From positions 1,210,735-1,274,734 of the forward strand of contig OZ244213.1 of NCBI GenBank assembly GCA_965216905.1: DNA of 64,000 bases. Reading direction: 5' to 3'. The position numbers were made by a program, and so were the translations under genes. The DNA comes from Acidimicrobiia bacterium. GTDB taxonomy: Bacteria > Actinomycetota > Acidimicrobiia > Spongiisociales > ZC4RG35. A model generated the notes under the pieces. It was not told where the DNA came from and did no database searches. It saw only the letters and a program-made list of their open reading frames with translations. Positions 30,890 through 39,798 of the stretch are shown piece by piece. The first letter of the stretch is position 1, and each line of letters opens with the position of its first letter.

Positions 30890-31407
30890 TTCACCCCTCG
30901 GAAGAAACCTATGCTTCATTGCTGGCCCTGCGAACGGTTCGAAGGTTCCGCTCTGAGCCGGTGGGCGAATCGGACCTCCATCGGATCCTCGAGGCCGGAC
31001 GATGGACGGGCAGCGCCAAGAACCGGCAGGACTGGACCCTGCTCGTGCTCACCGAACGGGCCCGAATCGATGAGCTGCGGGCGTGCGGCGACTTCACGAT
31101 GCCGCTCGAAACGGCCACCGCAGTCCTCTGCCCCATCCGCCATCCGAGCGGCTACCCATGGGACATGGGCAGGGTGTCGCAAAACCTGATGCTGGCCGCC
31201 GCGGCCATCGGGGTGGGCTCGTGCCCGGTGACCCTTCACGACGAAGACTGCGGTCGCGCCGTCCTGGGCATCCCCGACGACCACGAGTGCCGCATCGTCC
31301 TTGCGATGGGCTACGCCGACGAGACTGCCGAGCGGACCGTTCGGCGATCGAGTCCGCTCAGCGGTCGCAAACCGCTCGACGCCATCGTCCGGTTCGAGCG
31401 GTTCTGA
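30886..31407 (+). CDS. Nitroreductase-family protein.
   Basis: 173 aa. RRFRSEPV...SAKNRQDW is typical of NADH/FMN nitroreductase-like proteins. The GTG overlaps the HAD stop (GTGA). Confidence 0.78.
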   Translation: MIHPSEETYASLLALRTVRRFRSEPVGESDLHRILEAGRWTGSAKNRQDWTLLVLTERARIDELRACGDFTMPLETATAVLCPIRHPSGYPWDMGRVSQNLMLAAAAIGVGSCPVTLHDEDCGRAVLGIPDDHECRIVLAMGYADETAERTVRRSSPLSGRKPLDAIVRFERF

Positions 31408-32958
31408 TCAGCCCGGCCAGGGGGCGGGCTGGGAAGCGACTCGGTTGCCATGCTGCCAGGCGGCCAGCACCGACGTCTCCGCCGACCGTCCCACTCCTTC
31501 GGTGAGCGGATCCCGGTCGAGGACGGCGAACGAGGCGAGATCGCCCCGGCCGAACCCGCTGCGGAGATACATGCCCACGGCGGTGTCGGCATCGAGGCTC
31601 TCGTCACGATTGAGCGTGTGCCGGCGTGCGGCGGCAATCGCCGTCCAGGGGTTGGGGTCTTCGACCGGGCAGTCCGAACCTCCGAGGAGCACGACCCCCG
31701 CCTCGTGCAGCGACCGGAACGGATACGTGAACTGGGTGCGCTGCGGACCAAGACGGTCGGGCACCCAATCGCCTTCACTGCGGAGGAATGACGGCTGCAC
31801 CGAGGCAATCACACCGAGACGGGCCATCTGCTCGACCAATCCCCGACTCAAGACCGACGCATGCTCGACCCGCAACCGGTTCGGTTCCACGCCTTCGCCG
31901 ACGAGCCGCTCGAACAGTGCGAGAACGGCGGTGTTCGCCCGATCACCGATCGCATGAATCGCCACCGAGCCGCCGAACTGCAGTGCCTTGTCGACCAGCG
32001 GACGCGAGCGAGTCGGATCCAGCCGGAGAATGCCATTGGTGCGCGGCCGATCCGAGAACGAGGCCCACATCGCCGCCGTGTGGCCGCCGAGACTCCCGTC
32101 GGCAAAACCCTTCCATCCGCCGAAGCGGATGTTCGGTGGCGCGTCCTCGATCCGGCGAACGGCCGATTCCAACTCGCCCACCGCTTCGGTGATGACGAAC
32201 ACCCGAATCGTGAGCGGCACCTCGGCCGCCACAGCCAGCAGATGATCCAACTCACCGCCGCCTCCGCACCACAGCGAACCGGAGGCGGTGACCATTGCAT
32301 CGATCGATCCGATTCCGAGACCGGGCAACCCCGCGAGCACCGCGGTGAGCCGGCGCAGGTCCGGCTCCGGCCCCTCGGCCGCCAACCCCTCCGATATCAA
32401 ACCGATGGCGGACTCCCGCAGGATGCCAGTCGGCCGGCCGTCGGCGTCCCGGTCGATGGTCCCTCCGGGAGGATCGGGTGTGCCCTGTCCGATTCCGACC
32501 CGCTGCAATGCGGCCGAGTTCGCCACCGCGATGTGACCGCAGTGCCGCTGGAGGACCAGCGGTCGCGACGGCTCGATCCGGTCGAGGGCGTGCCGGTCGG
32601 GCAGCCCGCCCTCCAGCCGGCCATCGTCGAGCCGGTTGCCGAAGATGGGACCGTGGGGCTGCGTCTGCCGATGGAGGTCGACCATCTCCGAGAGATGAGT
32701 GAGTGTGGATGCACCGCCAACCGACAGTCCGGCGAGGGTCTGCAGGTAGCCGAGCGGATGGAAGTGGCTGTCGGTGAGCATCGGAAAGACCACACCGCCG
32801 GGGAACGAGACCTCGGCCACGTCATGGCCTCGAAGATGGTCGGCCGGCCCGATGGCCTCGATGTAGCCATCCGCCAGCCGGATACCGGTCGCTCCATCGA
32901 CCAGGTCCGGGGTCCGGATCGAGTCGACCATCAGCAGGGTCTTGAACCGGCTGGTCAC
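31408..32958 (-). CDS. Amidohydrolase-family metal-dependent hydrolase (amidohydrolase 3-like).
   Basis: 516 aa. The N-terminal HxH-like motif (TDSHFHP) and C-terminal GSDCPVEDPNPW are typical of this family. Confidence 0.8.
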   Translation of the reverse strand: MTSRFKTLLMVDSIRTPDLVDGATGIRLADGYIEAIGPADHLRGHDVAEVSFPGGVVFPMLTDSHFHPLGYLQTLAGLSVGGASTLTHLSEMVDLHRQTQPHGPIFGNRLDDGRLEGGLPDRHALDRIEPSRPLVLQRHCGHIAVANSAALQRVGIGQGTPDPPGGTIDRDADGRPTGILRESAIGLISEGLAAEGPEPDLRRLTAVLAGLPGLGIGSIDAMVTASGSLWCGGGGELDHLLAVAAEVPLTIRVFVITEAVGELESAVRRIEDAPPNIRFGGWKGFADGSLGGHTAAMWASFSDRPRTNGILRLDPTRSRPLVDKALQFGGSVAIHAIGDRANTAVLALFERLVGEGVEPNRLRVEHASVLSRGLVEQMARLGVIASVQPSFLRSEGDWVPDRLGPQRTQFTYPFRSLHEAGVVLLGGSDCPVEDPNPWTAIAAARRHTLNRDESLDADTAVGMYLRSGFGRGDLASFAVLDRDPLTEGVGRSAETSVLAAWQHGNRVASQPAPWPG

Positions 32959-33728
32959 GGGCGTTCACCCACGGTTTCGGTGAGTGCCGCGTGGAGGTGG
33001 CCGTTGGTGGCGATGATTCCCTGTTCTCCGAGCCGGTGAGGCGAGCCACGGTACCCGGAAACCGTCCCGCCGGCCTCACCCACCAGCGGAATTCCGGCGG
33101 CGACATCCCACGGTCCGAGCGCCGGCTCGAAGTAGCCATCGAGCCGCCCACAGGCGACCCACGCCAGGTCGAGCGCCGCCGATCCGCCGCGCCGGATTCC
33201 CTGCACCCGTCGGAGTGTCCGCCCCACCACGTCCGAATACTCGGCCGCTCGCTCTTGTCGGTCGTAGGGGAAACCGGTGGCAACCAGCGCTTCGGTGAGC
33301 GTCGCAGTGTCCGACACGCCGATGGCCCGTCCGTCCAACGTGACTCCCGAACCTCGTTCGACCGCAAAGACCTCATCACGCCAGACGTCGTGGATGACTC
33401 CCACCAGTGGCTCGTCGCCATCCCACGCGGCAATCGAGACGGCCACGTGCGGAACCCCGTGGACGTAGTTGACCGTTCCGTCCAGCGGGTCGATGAACCA
33501 GACCCGCCCAGTTCCCCGGGCACCTCCCCGTTCCTCTCCGACGAGGCGATCGTCGGGACGGTTCGTACGAATGACGGAGACGATGGCCTCCTCGGCTGCT
33601 CGGTCGACCTCCGTCACCGGATCCACCGCACCCTTGAACGACGTTTCGACGGAGCCTCCGCCGCCGGCACGGATGATCTCGGCGGCGACGGCGGCCGCGG
33701 CGATCGCGACATCGAGGTCGATGGGCAC
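32955..33728 (-). CDS. Inositol monophosphatase family protein (SuhB/ImpA-like).
   Basis: WFIDPLDGTVNYVHG (IMPase motif A) and WDVAAG (motif B). Overlaps the amidohydrolase start. Confidence 0.85.
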   Translation of the reverse strand: MPIDLDVAIAAAAVAAEIIRAGGGGSVETSFKGAVDPVTEVDRAAEEAIVSVIRTNRPDDRLVGEERGGARGTGRVWFIDPLDGTVNYVHGVPHVAVSIAAWDGDEPLVGVIHDVWRDEVFAVERGSGVTLDGRAIGVSDTATLTEALVATGFPYDRQERAAEYSDVVGRTLRRVQGIRRGGSAALDLAWVACGRLDGYFEPALGPWDVAAGIPLVGEAGGTVSGYRGSPHRLGEQGIIATNGHLHAALTETVGERP

Positions 33729-33801
33729 ACGGGGACCCTACCCGGGACCTCGCGGTCCCGATCCGTTCCGGGTCGGCGGCACTCGATGCGAGAATCACTG
33801 G

Positions 33802-35268
33802 GTGCGGTCCTCCCTCATCGCGCTGGCTCTCGGGCTCGTCAACGTCCTGGCGTTCCCGCCGTATGGCCACGGATGGCTCGTCATCCCGGTGATGACGGGC
33901 CTGCTGTGGCTGCTCCGAACCGCCGGTTCGCACCGGCGGGCAGCCGGGGTCGGGGCAGCGTTCGGCGTTGGCTTCTTCGGCGCTCTGTTTCCGTGGATCG
34001 CCGAGCTGGGGTTGGTGGCCTTCATCCCCCTGCTCCTCAGCCAGACATTGTTCACCACCGGATACGGTCTCGGCCTCCACCTGGCTCGAAGTCGACCACC
34101 GGGAGTGTGGACGATCTGCGCCGTCGGCGGATGGGCCCTGGTCGAGTGGCTGCGAACTCGGGTCCCGTTCGGCGGATTCGGATGGGGGCTGGTGGGTCTT
34201 CCCGCCGGGGAGTACGCCTCCCTCCGGCCGATGACCGCCTGGGTCGGGATCTCTGGATGGTCGGTCGTCATCGTGACGGTGAGCGCGCTCCTGGCATGGC
34301 TGATCACCGAGCGCACGCGAACCGCACTGGTCGCGCTGGTCGGTGCGGTGGCGGCGGTGGCCGTGGCGGCGGTGGTGGCCTTCCAGACGGTCTCCTGGCC
34401 GGGAGGAGAAACCGTCCGGGTCGCCATCGTCCAGGGCAGCTCGCCCTGCCCGGGCACGCACTGCGCCGACGAGCAGCGCCTCACCTACGAGTCCCACCTC
34501 CAACTGACCCGTTCCATCGAGCCGGGAACCGTCGACCTGGTGGTGTGGGCGGAGAGTGCCCTGTGGTTTCGGTCCGACCCGGCCGAGGACCCCGAGGTGG
34601 GAAGCGATCTCGCCGCCGAGGCCGAGCGGCTGGGAGCCACCCTCATGGCGGGCGCGGATCGACCCGATGGTGACGATGCATTCATTCGAACCAACACCGT
34701 GTTCGGCGAGAACGGAACACTGGTCGGCGAGTACCGGAAGACCCACCCGGTTCCGTTCGGTGAGTATGTGCCCTTCCGACCGCTCTTCGACTGGATTCCG
34801 GCCCTCTCCCAGGTTCCGAGGGACATGGTGCGCGGCCCGGGTCCGGTCCGATTCGATACCGGGTTTGGACCGTTCGGCTCGGTGATCTCTTTCGAGGGAA
34901 GCTTCGCCCGATATCCCCGATCGACGGTCTCGGCGGGTGCCGACCTGCTGGTCGTCGCCACCAGTCAGAACAGCTATCCATACTCGCACGCGTCGGCCCA
35001 ACTGATCGGAATCACTCGGATGCACGCGGCCGCCCTCGGAGTCGACGTGGTCCACGCCGCCATCACCGGACGGTCGGCCATCATCGGCGATGGCGGGGTG
35101 ATTCGAGCTCAGACGGACCTGGTGGAGCCCACGGTTCTCTACGGGGAAGTCCGGATGCGAGACGATGGCCCGACGCCGTATGCCGCGGCCGGGGACTGGC
35201 TCCAGGTGCTGGCGGTGGCCGCGGTGCTCGCAGTCGCCCTGCGACGTCTTCAGCAGCTCGATTTCTGA
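33802..35268 (+). CDS. lnt: Apolipoprotein N-acyltransferase.
   Basis: An N-terminal multi-TM region followed by a CN-hydrolase domain (VVWAESA; catalytic E-K-C context). 488 aa with a GTG start. Confidence 0.85.
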   Translation: MRSSLIALALGLVNVLAFPPYGHGWLVIPVMTGLLWLLRTAGSHRRAAGVGAAFGVGFFGALFPWIAELGLVAFIPLLLSQTLFTTGYGLGLHLARSRPPGVWTICAVGGWALVEWLRTRVPFGGFGWGLVGLPAGEYASLRPMTAWVGISGWSVVIVTVSALLAWLITERTRTALVALVGAVAAVAVAAVVAFQTVSWPGGETVRVAIVQGSSPCPGTHCADEQRLTYESHLQLTRSIEPGTVDLVVWAESALWFRSDPAEDPEVGSDLAAEAERLGATLMAGADRPDGDDAFIRTNTVFGENGTLVGEYRKTHPVPFGEYVPFRPLFDWIPALSQVPRDMVRGPGPVRFDTGFGPFGSVISFEGSFARYPRSTVSAGADLLVVATSQNSYPYSHASAQLIGITRMHAAALGVDVVHAAITGRSAIIGDGGVIRAQTDLVEPTVLYGEVRMRDDGPTPYAAAGDWLQVLAVAAVLAVALRRLQQLDF

Positions 35269-35338
35269 CACGCCGGGCGGTGACGAGCCGGAATCCCGGC
35301 GGGGTGGCCAACCGAGGGGTTCGACCTATCGTGACGGC

Positions 35339-37279
35339 ATGGCCTACGACTACGCATCGGCAACCGCCGCGTCCATCGAGAGCGAAGCGGCGTCGGCGAT
35401 CGCCGACGCCGACGTCCTCGTCTCCGGGCTGTTGGAGTCGGAGCCGAGCTACGGCGGGACGCTGGGTGTTCTCGACCAGATCGCCGATCGGTTGGGTCGT
35501 GTGTGGGGCGAGACGGCGTTTCTGGGTTACGTCCACCCCGACGCAAGTGTCCGGGAAGCGGGTCGCCGGGTCGAGGAACAGCTCGCCAAGTGGAGTGTGG
35601 CGCTGGCCTTCCGTGACGACGTCTACGACACGGTACGGCGGTTTGCAGAGACGACCGAGGCCGCCGCCCTCGACGGTGAGCAGGCGCGCCTCCTCGAGTT
35701 CACGCTTCGCGATTTCCGAAAGGCGGGCCATGACCTGGATCCCGACGATCGCCGGCGCCTCCAGGAACTGAACGAGCGGCTCGTCGAGCTCGGAGTGGCT
35801 TTCGAGCGCAACATCGCCGAAGACCAGTCCCGGCTCCTGCTCACACCCGACCGCACGGCCGGCCTGCCCGAAGGCTTCACCGACGGGTTGGAGCCCGATC
35901 CTCAGTCCGACGGATGGTGGGTCACGATGGCCTACCCACACGTCATCCCGATCCTCGACAACGCCGAGGATCGGGACCTGCGCCGGGAGGTGTATCGACT
36001 CTTCAACAACCGGGCATCCGACTCCAATCGGGAGGTGCTCGAGGAGGCGGTCGCCATCCGGGAAGAGATCGCCCGCCTGTTCGACTGTGCGTCCTGGGCT
36101 CAGCACAAGCTCGAAGACCAGATGGCATCGACGCCGGAGCGTGTCCATGCGTTCTACGACGACCTCCGGGCTCCGCTGACGGAGGCGGCCCGAGATGAGA
36201 TCGACCGAATGCGTGACCTGCTGGCCGCCGACACCGGCGAGGAAGTGCTTCAGGTGTACGACTGGCGGTACTACGACACCCAACTCCGGAAACGCGACTA
36301 CGGCGTGGACCAGTCCGAAGTGGCGGCCTACTTCCCGCTTGCACGAGTGCTCGACGGCATCCTCGACATCACGGGCGAGGCATTCGATCTCGACTACGTG
36401 CGAGTGAAACCTCCGGTTTGGCACCCCGACGTCTCCACGTATGAGATCCGGGATCGCCCGACCGGCGAACGTATCGGGCACTTCCATATGGATTTGTATC
36501 CTCGAGAAGGCAAGTACAGCCATGCCGCCGCGTTTCCCCTGGTCCCGGGACGCCGGCGCGAAGACGGTTCCTACCAGCAACCGGTGTCGGCGATCGTCGC
36601 CAACTTCACGAAACCGACCGATACCAGACCATCGCTCCTCCTCCACTCGGAGGTGCTCACCTTCTTCCACGAGTTCGGCCACATCCTCCACCAGACCCTG
36701 ACCCGCGCCGAGCTCACCCGGTTCGCCGGCACCTCGACCGAGCGAGACTTCGTCGAGGCGCCTTCCCAGATCATGGAGCATTGGGTGTGGCAGCCGACCG
36801 TGTTGGCCCGGTTCGCCCGTCACCACCAAACCGGCGAGCCGATCCCCGACGAACTGGTTGCCAAGCTGGTGAAGGCTCGGCGGCTCAACGTCGCAATCAC
36901 CAAGCTGCGCCAGATGCAGTTCGGTCTTCTCGACATGACGCTCCACGGTCCCGCCCGTCGGAAGGATCTGGACGCCATCGTGCGAGACACGACTGCGCTG
37001 TCGTTGTTCCCCTTCGTGGAGGGCACCTTCTACCCGGCCAGTTTTGGCCATCTGATGGGCGGTTACGACGCCGGCTACTACGGCTACCTGTGGGCGGAGG
37101 TCTACGGGGACGACATGTTCTCCCGGTTCGACGGCGGGGTCGATCCCGAGGTCGGCCGGGCCTACCGCACCGAGATCCTCGAACGGGGCGGCACCCGGGA
37201 TGCCCTCGAGCACATCCGCGCCTTCCTCGGCCGGGAGCCCAGCAACCGGGCGTTCCTGGACAAGCTCGGAATCGACTGA
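35339..37279 (+). CDS. M3-family zinc metallopeptidase (oligopeptidase A / thimet oligopeptidase / Dcp-like).
   Basis: HEFGH zinc motif (FFHEFGHILH) with a downstream Glu (FVEAPSQIMEHW). About 646 aa. The start is uncertain because the ORF is open from 35165. Confidence 0.88.
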   Translation: MAYDYASATAASIESEAASAIADADVLVSGLLESEPSYGGTLGVLDQIADRLGRVWGETAFLGYVHPDASVREAGRRVEEQLAKWSVALAFRDDVYDTVRRFAETTEAAALDGEQARLLEFTLRDFRKAGHDLDPDDRRRLQELNERLVELGVAFERNIAEDQSRLLLTPDRTAGLPEGFTDGLEPDPQSDGWWVTMAYPHVIPILDNAEDRDLRREVYRLFNNRASDSNREVLEEAVAIREEIARLFDCASWAQHKLEDQMASTPERVHAFYDDLRAPLTEAARDEIDRMRDLLAADTGEEVLQVYDWRYYDTQLRKRDYGVDQSEVAAYFPLARVLDGILDITGEAFDLDYVRVKPPVWHPDVSTYEIRDRPTGERIGHFHMDLYPREGKYSHAAAFPLVPGRRREDGSYQQPVSAIVANFTKPTDTRPSLLLHSEVLTFFHEFGHILHQTLTRAELTRFAGTSTERDFVEAPSQIMEHWVWQPTVLARFARHHQTGEPIPDELVAKLVKARRLNVAITKLRQMQFGLLDMTLHGPARRKDLDAIVRDTTALSLFPFVEGTFYPASFGHLMGGYDAGYYGYLWAEVYGDDMFSRFDGGVDPEVGRAYRTEILERGGTRDALEHIRAFLGREPSNRAFLDKLGID

Positions 37280-37342
37280 GCCGGGAGGCCGGCCGGCTCG
37301 TACCCATCGAAGGCGCCGCCTGGCCCACCGGCTGCCTCCGGG

Positions 37343-38176
37343 TCAGCGTGCCCTATCCAGCGCTCGAGCCAGCGTCCCGAGAACGGTCGGATCGTGTGGT
37401 GGGGGGAGGTAGACGATCACATGGTCCGCGCCGTCGGCGACCGCCGCGGCCACGCGGGCCGCGGTCGCGTTCGGGTCGTCCGTCGCCCGCACCTGGGTCG
37501 ACACCTCAACGGTCGTCGGGTCCCGCCCGATCGCACGACACGCCTCGTGGAGCACGGCGATCTTGCGACGGAAGTGCTCGTCGTGGGACGGATAGTTCCA
37601 GTGGTCCGCCCACCGGGCGGCAGCCGGGATCAGCCGCTGCTCGCCCCTGCCACCCACGACGATCGGTGGTCGCGGTCGCTGAAGCGGCTTGGGGTTGCAG
37701 TAGGCGCCGGCCAGCCGATAGTGCCGGCCTTCGAAATCGACCGACTCTTCGGTCAACAGGCGGTGGATGACCTCCAGCCCCTCCTCGAACATGTCGAAGC
37801 GTCGGCCCAGCGGTGGAAGCTCGATGCCGTACGCCCGGTGCTCGGGTTCGAACCATCCCGCCCCCAGGCCAATCTCGAGGCGTCCGCCCGACACGTGGTC
37901 CAGCGTGGCGGCGATCTTGGCGTGCACCGCCGGATGTCGGTAGGTGTTCGACGCCACCATCAGACCCACCCGGATCCGGCTGGTCAGGGCGGCCAGAGCC
38001 GACAGCACGGTCCAGGCCTCGAAGCAGTCGCCGTCGTCGTTCCCTCCGAGAGGGTAGAAGTGGTCAAAGGCCCAACATGCGAAGAATTGCTCGATCCGGT
38101 CCGCCTCGGTCCAGAAATCGACGAGGTTCGGCCAGGTGGTCTCCTGCTGGGCGGTCTTGACCGACAGCCGCGTCAC
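37343..38176 (-). CDS. Luciferase-like monooxygenase (LLM) class F420-dependent oxidoreductase.
   Basis: 277 aa. RLEIGLGAGW and TIM-barrel LLM motifs. Confidence 0.8.
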   Translation of the reverse strand: MTRLSVKTAQQETTWPNLVDFWTEADRIEQFFACWAFDHFYPLGGNDDGDCFEAWTVLSALAALTSRIRVGLMVASNTYRHPAVHAKIAATLDHVSGGRLEIGLGAGWFEPEHRAYGIELPPLGRRFDMFEEGLEVIHRLLTEESVDFEGRHYRLAGAYCNPKPLQRPRPPIVVGGRGEQRLIPAAARWADHWNYPSHDEHFRRKIAVLHEACRAIGRDPTTVEVSTQVRATDDPNATAARVAAAVADGADHVIVYLPPPHDPTVLGTLARALDRAR

Positions 38177-38664
38177 TCGTGAATCCGAGCGGTATCGGGC
38201 GTCGTGACGAGGATGCCGTCGTCATCTGCGTAGACCCAGCCGCCCGGCCGGAACTCGATGCCCGCAATGGTGATGTCGACGCCGCGTTCGCCCTCCCCGA
38301 GCTTGTTGCTGCGACGGGGGACCGCCGCCCGAGCCATCACCCCGACGGCCATGGTGCCGATCTCGGCCGAGTCGCGGATGCATCCGTCGATCACCACGCC
38401 ACCCAGCTTCCTAGTCATGGCGATACCCGCCAGACGATCCCCCAGCAACGCCACCCGAACCGAACCACCTCCATCGACGACCACGACCGAGCCCTCCGGC
38501 ACGGTCTCCAGCGCACCGAGCACCAGCACGTTGTCCTCGAAGACACGAACCGTCTCGATCGGTCCACAGAATCGACGGATGCCGCCGAAGTGGCGCAGCT
38601 CGGGACGGGCGGTGGGCACGTCGGGATGTGCATCCGAGAGGTCGGTGGTCGTCCAGGCCGTCAT
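38173..38664 (-). CDS. RraA-family protein (RNase E regulator / HMG-CPA aldolase-like).
   Basis: 163 aa. GSVVVVDGGGS and GGVVIDGCIRD are typical of RraA/MenG-like proteins. Overlaps the LLM gene. Confidence 0.8.
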   Translation of the reverse strand: MTAWTTTDLSDAHPDVPTARPELRHFGGIRRFCGPIETVRVFEDNVLVLGALETVPEGSVVVVDGGGSVRVALLGDRLAGIAMTRKLGGVVIDGCIRDSAEIGTMAVGVMARAAVPRRSNKLGEGERGVDITIAGIEFRPGGWVYADDDGILVTTPDTARIHE

Positions 38665-38813
38665 ACCCGAAGGTTACGGGCTGGTCGGAGGGGACGCACC
38701 CGGCCTCGCCGCGTGTCGGCCGAGCATGGAAAGAGGGCCCCGGCTGGGATCCGGGGCCCTCTCGTGTGTCGACGCCGCACCCGCGGAGGGGAGGACGGGG
38801 AGCGTCGAACGGC

Positions 38814-39008
38814 TCAGGTGCCTTCTGGGAGGATTCGACCCCGCACTCGGGGATACTTGACCGGAGCATGGGAGAAACAGAACTCACGGCGGTTGTAGCG
38901 GCTCAGCTTGGTGTCGCAGTCCTTCTTGGCGCACACCCGACCATCACCAAAATCCCGTGAGGGTCTGGTCACTCCCTTGATGGTCTTTCCTTTGACGACG
39001 TCTGCCAT
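38814..39008 (-). CDS. Small basic zinc-ribbon-like protein of unknown function.
   Basis: 64 aa (MADVVKGK...RVCAKKDCDTKLSRYNRREFCFSHAPV...) with a Cx4C...Cx2H arrangement. A strong RBS (GGAAGGAGGG-N6-ATG) precedes it. It is divergent from csoR. Confidence 0.5.
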   Translation of the reverse strand: MADVVKGKTIKGVTRPSRDFGDGRVCAKKDCDTKLSRYNRREFCFSHAPVKYPRVRGRILPEGT

Positions 39009-39227
39009 GCGATGCCCTCCTTCCAACTGGGGCCTCGTTGAAAGCAACCGATCCGCAATGCCGAACATTCCGGTTTCCGATCGCATCTTCCGACCGTCAC
39101 CCACTCTGACGGCGATCCGCTAAAGGCTCGGTAAAGCCCACCTCGGATCATTCCTTCACCCCTTAGACGCCACCACCGGGCCCTTTGGTTCCCGTCGATC
39201 TCCGCCTCGACAACGGTCGGAGCCGGA

Positions 39228-39584
39228 ATGTGGTTTGGACACACCCCACCCCCGGAGGGGTGGTATGTTGTGCCTGTGAAAGCCTCCCACAAGATCTCGG
39301 CGTTGAATCGCCTCAAGACGGTCCGCGGTCATCTCGACGCGGTGATCGGCATGGTGGAGAACGAGCGCTACTGCCCCGAGGTCATGAAGCAGATCTCGGC
39401 GCTGCAGGGTTCGCTCGAACGGACCAATCGCACGATGCTGCAGAATCACCTGGAGACCTGTTTCGCGAGCGCGGTGGCGGAGGGGCGATCGGACGAGATC
39501 GTCGACGAACTGATGGAAACCATGAAGTACACGGGCGCCTTGACCGGCCCCACGAGCAGCGAGGAAGACTCCCATGACCTCTGA
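39228..39584 (+). CDS. csoR: CsoR-family metal-sensing transcriptional repressor. The true start may be an internal GTG.
   Basis: Cys/His ligands in RYCPEV and QNHLETC, the C-H-C arrangement of CsoR (DUF156). Directly upstream of copZ-copA. Confidence 0.8.
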   Translation: MWFGHTPPPEGWYVVPVKASHKISALNRLKTVRGHLDAVIGMVENERYCPEVMKQISALQGSLERTNRTMLQNHLETCFASAVAEGRSDEIVDELMETMKYTGALTGPTSSEEDSHDL

Positions 39585-39798
39585 GATCACATTTGCGGTC
39601 GACGGAATGACCTGTGGCCACTGTGTCGGCACCGTCGAATCCACCCTCGAACAAGCGCCCGGGGTCGAGGCGGCGAACGTCGACCTCGAGGCTGGACGCG
39701 CTTCCATCCGGGCGGCCGAGGACATCGACATCGAGGCACTGGTCGACGCCGTCGCCCAGGCCGGCTACACCATGCGGGCCCTGGCTGCCGATGAGTGA
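39574..39798 (+). CDS. copZ: Copper chaperone (HMA domain).
   Basis: 74 aa with the GMTCGHC metal-binding motif. Confidence 0.85.
   Translation: MTSEITFAVDGMTCGHCVGTVESTLEQAPGVEAANVDLEAGRASIRAAEDIDIEALVDAVAQAGYTMRALAADE

Noticed and set aside
39009-39104. An upstream extension (32 codons) of the small zinc-ribbon ORF.
   Set aside because: A strong RBS sits immediately before the internal ATG at 39008. The extension has no conservation-like features and would place the start inside the csoR-divergent promoter region.
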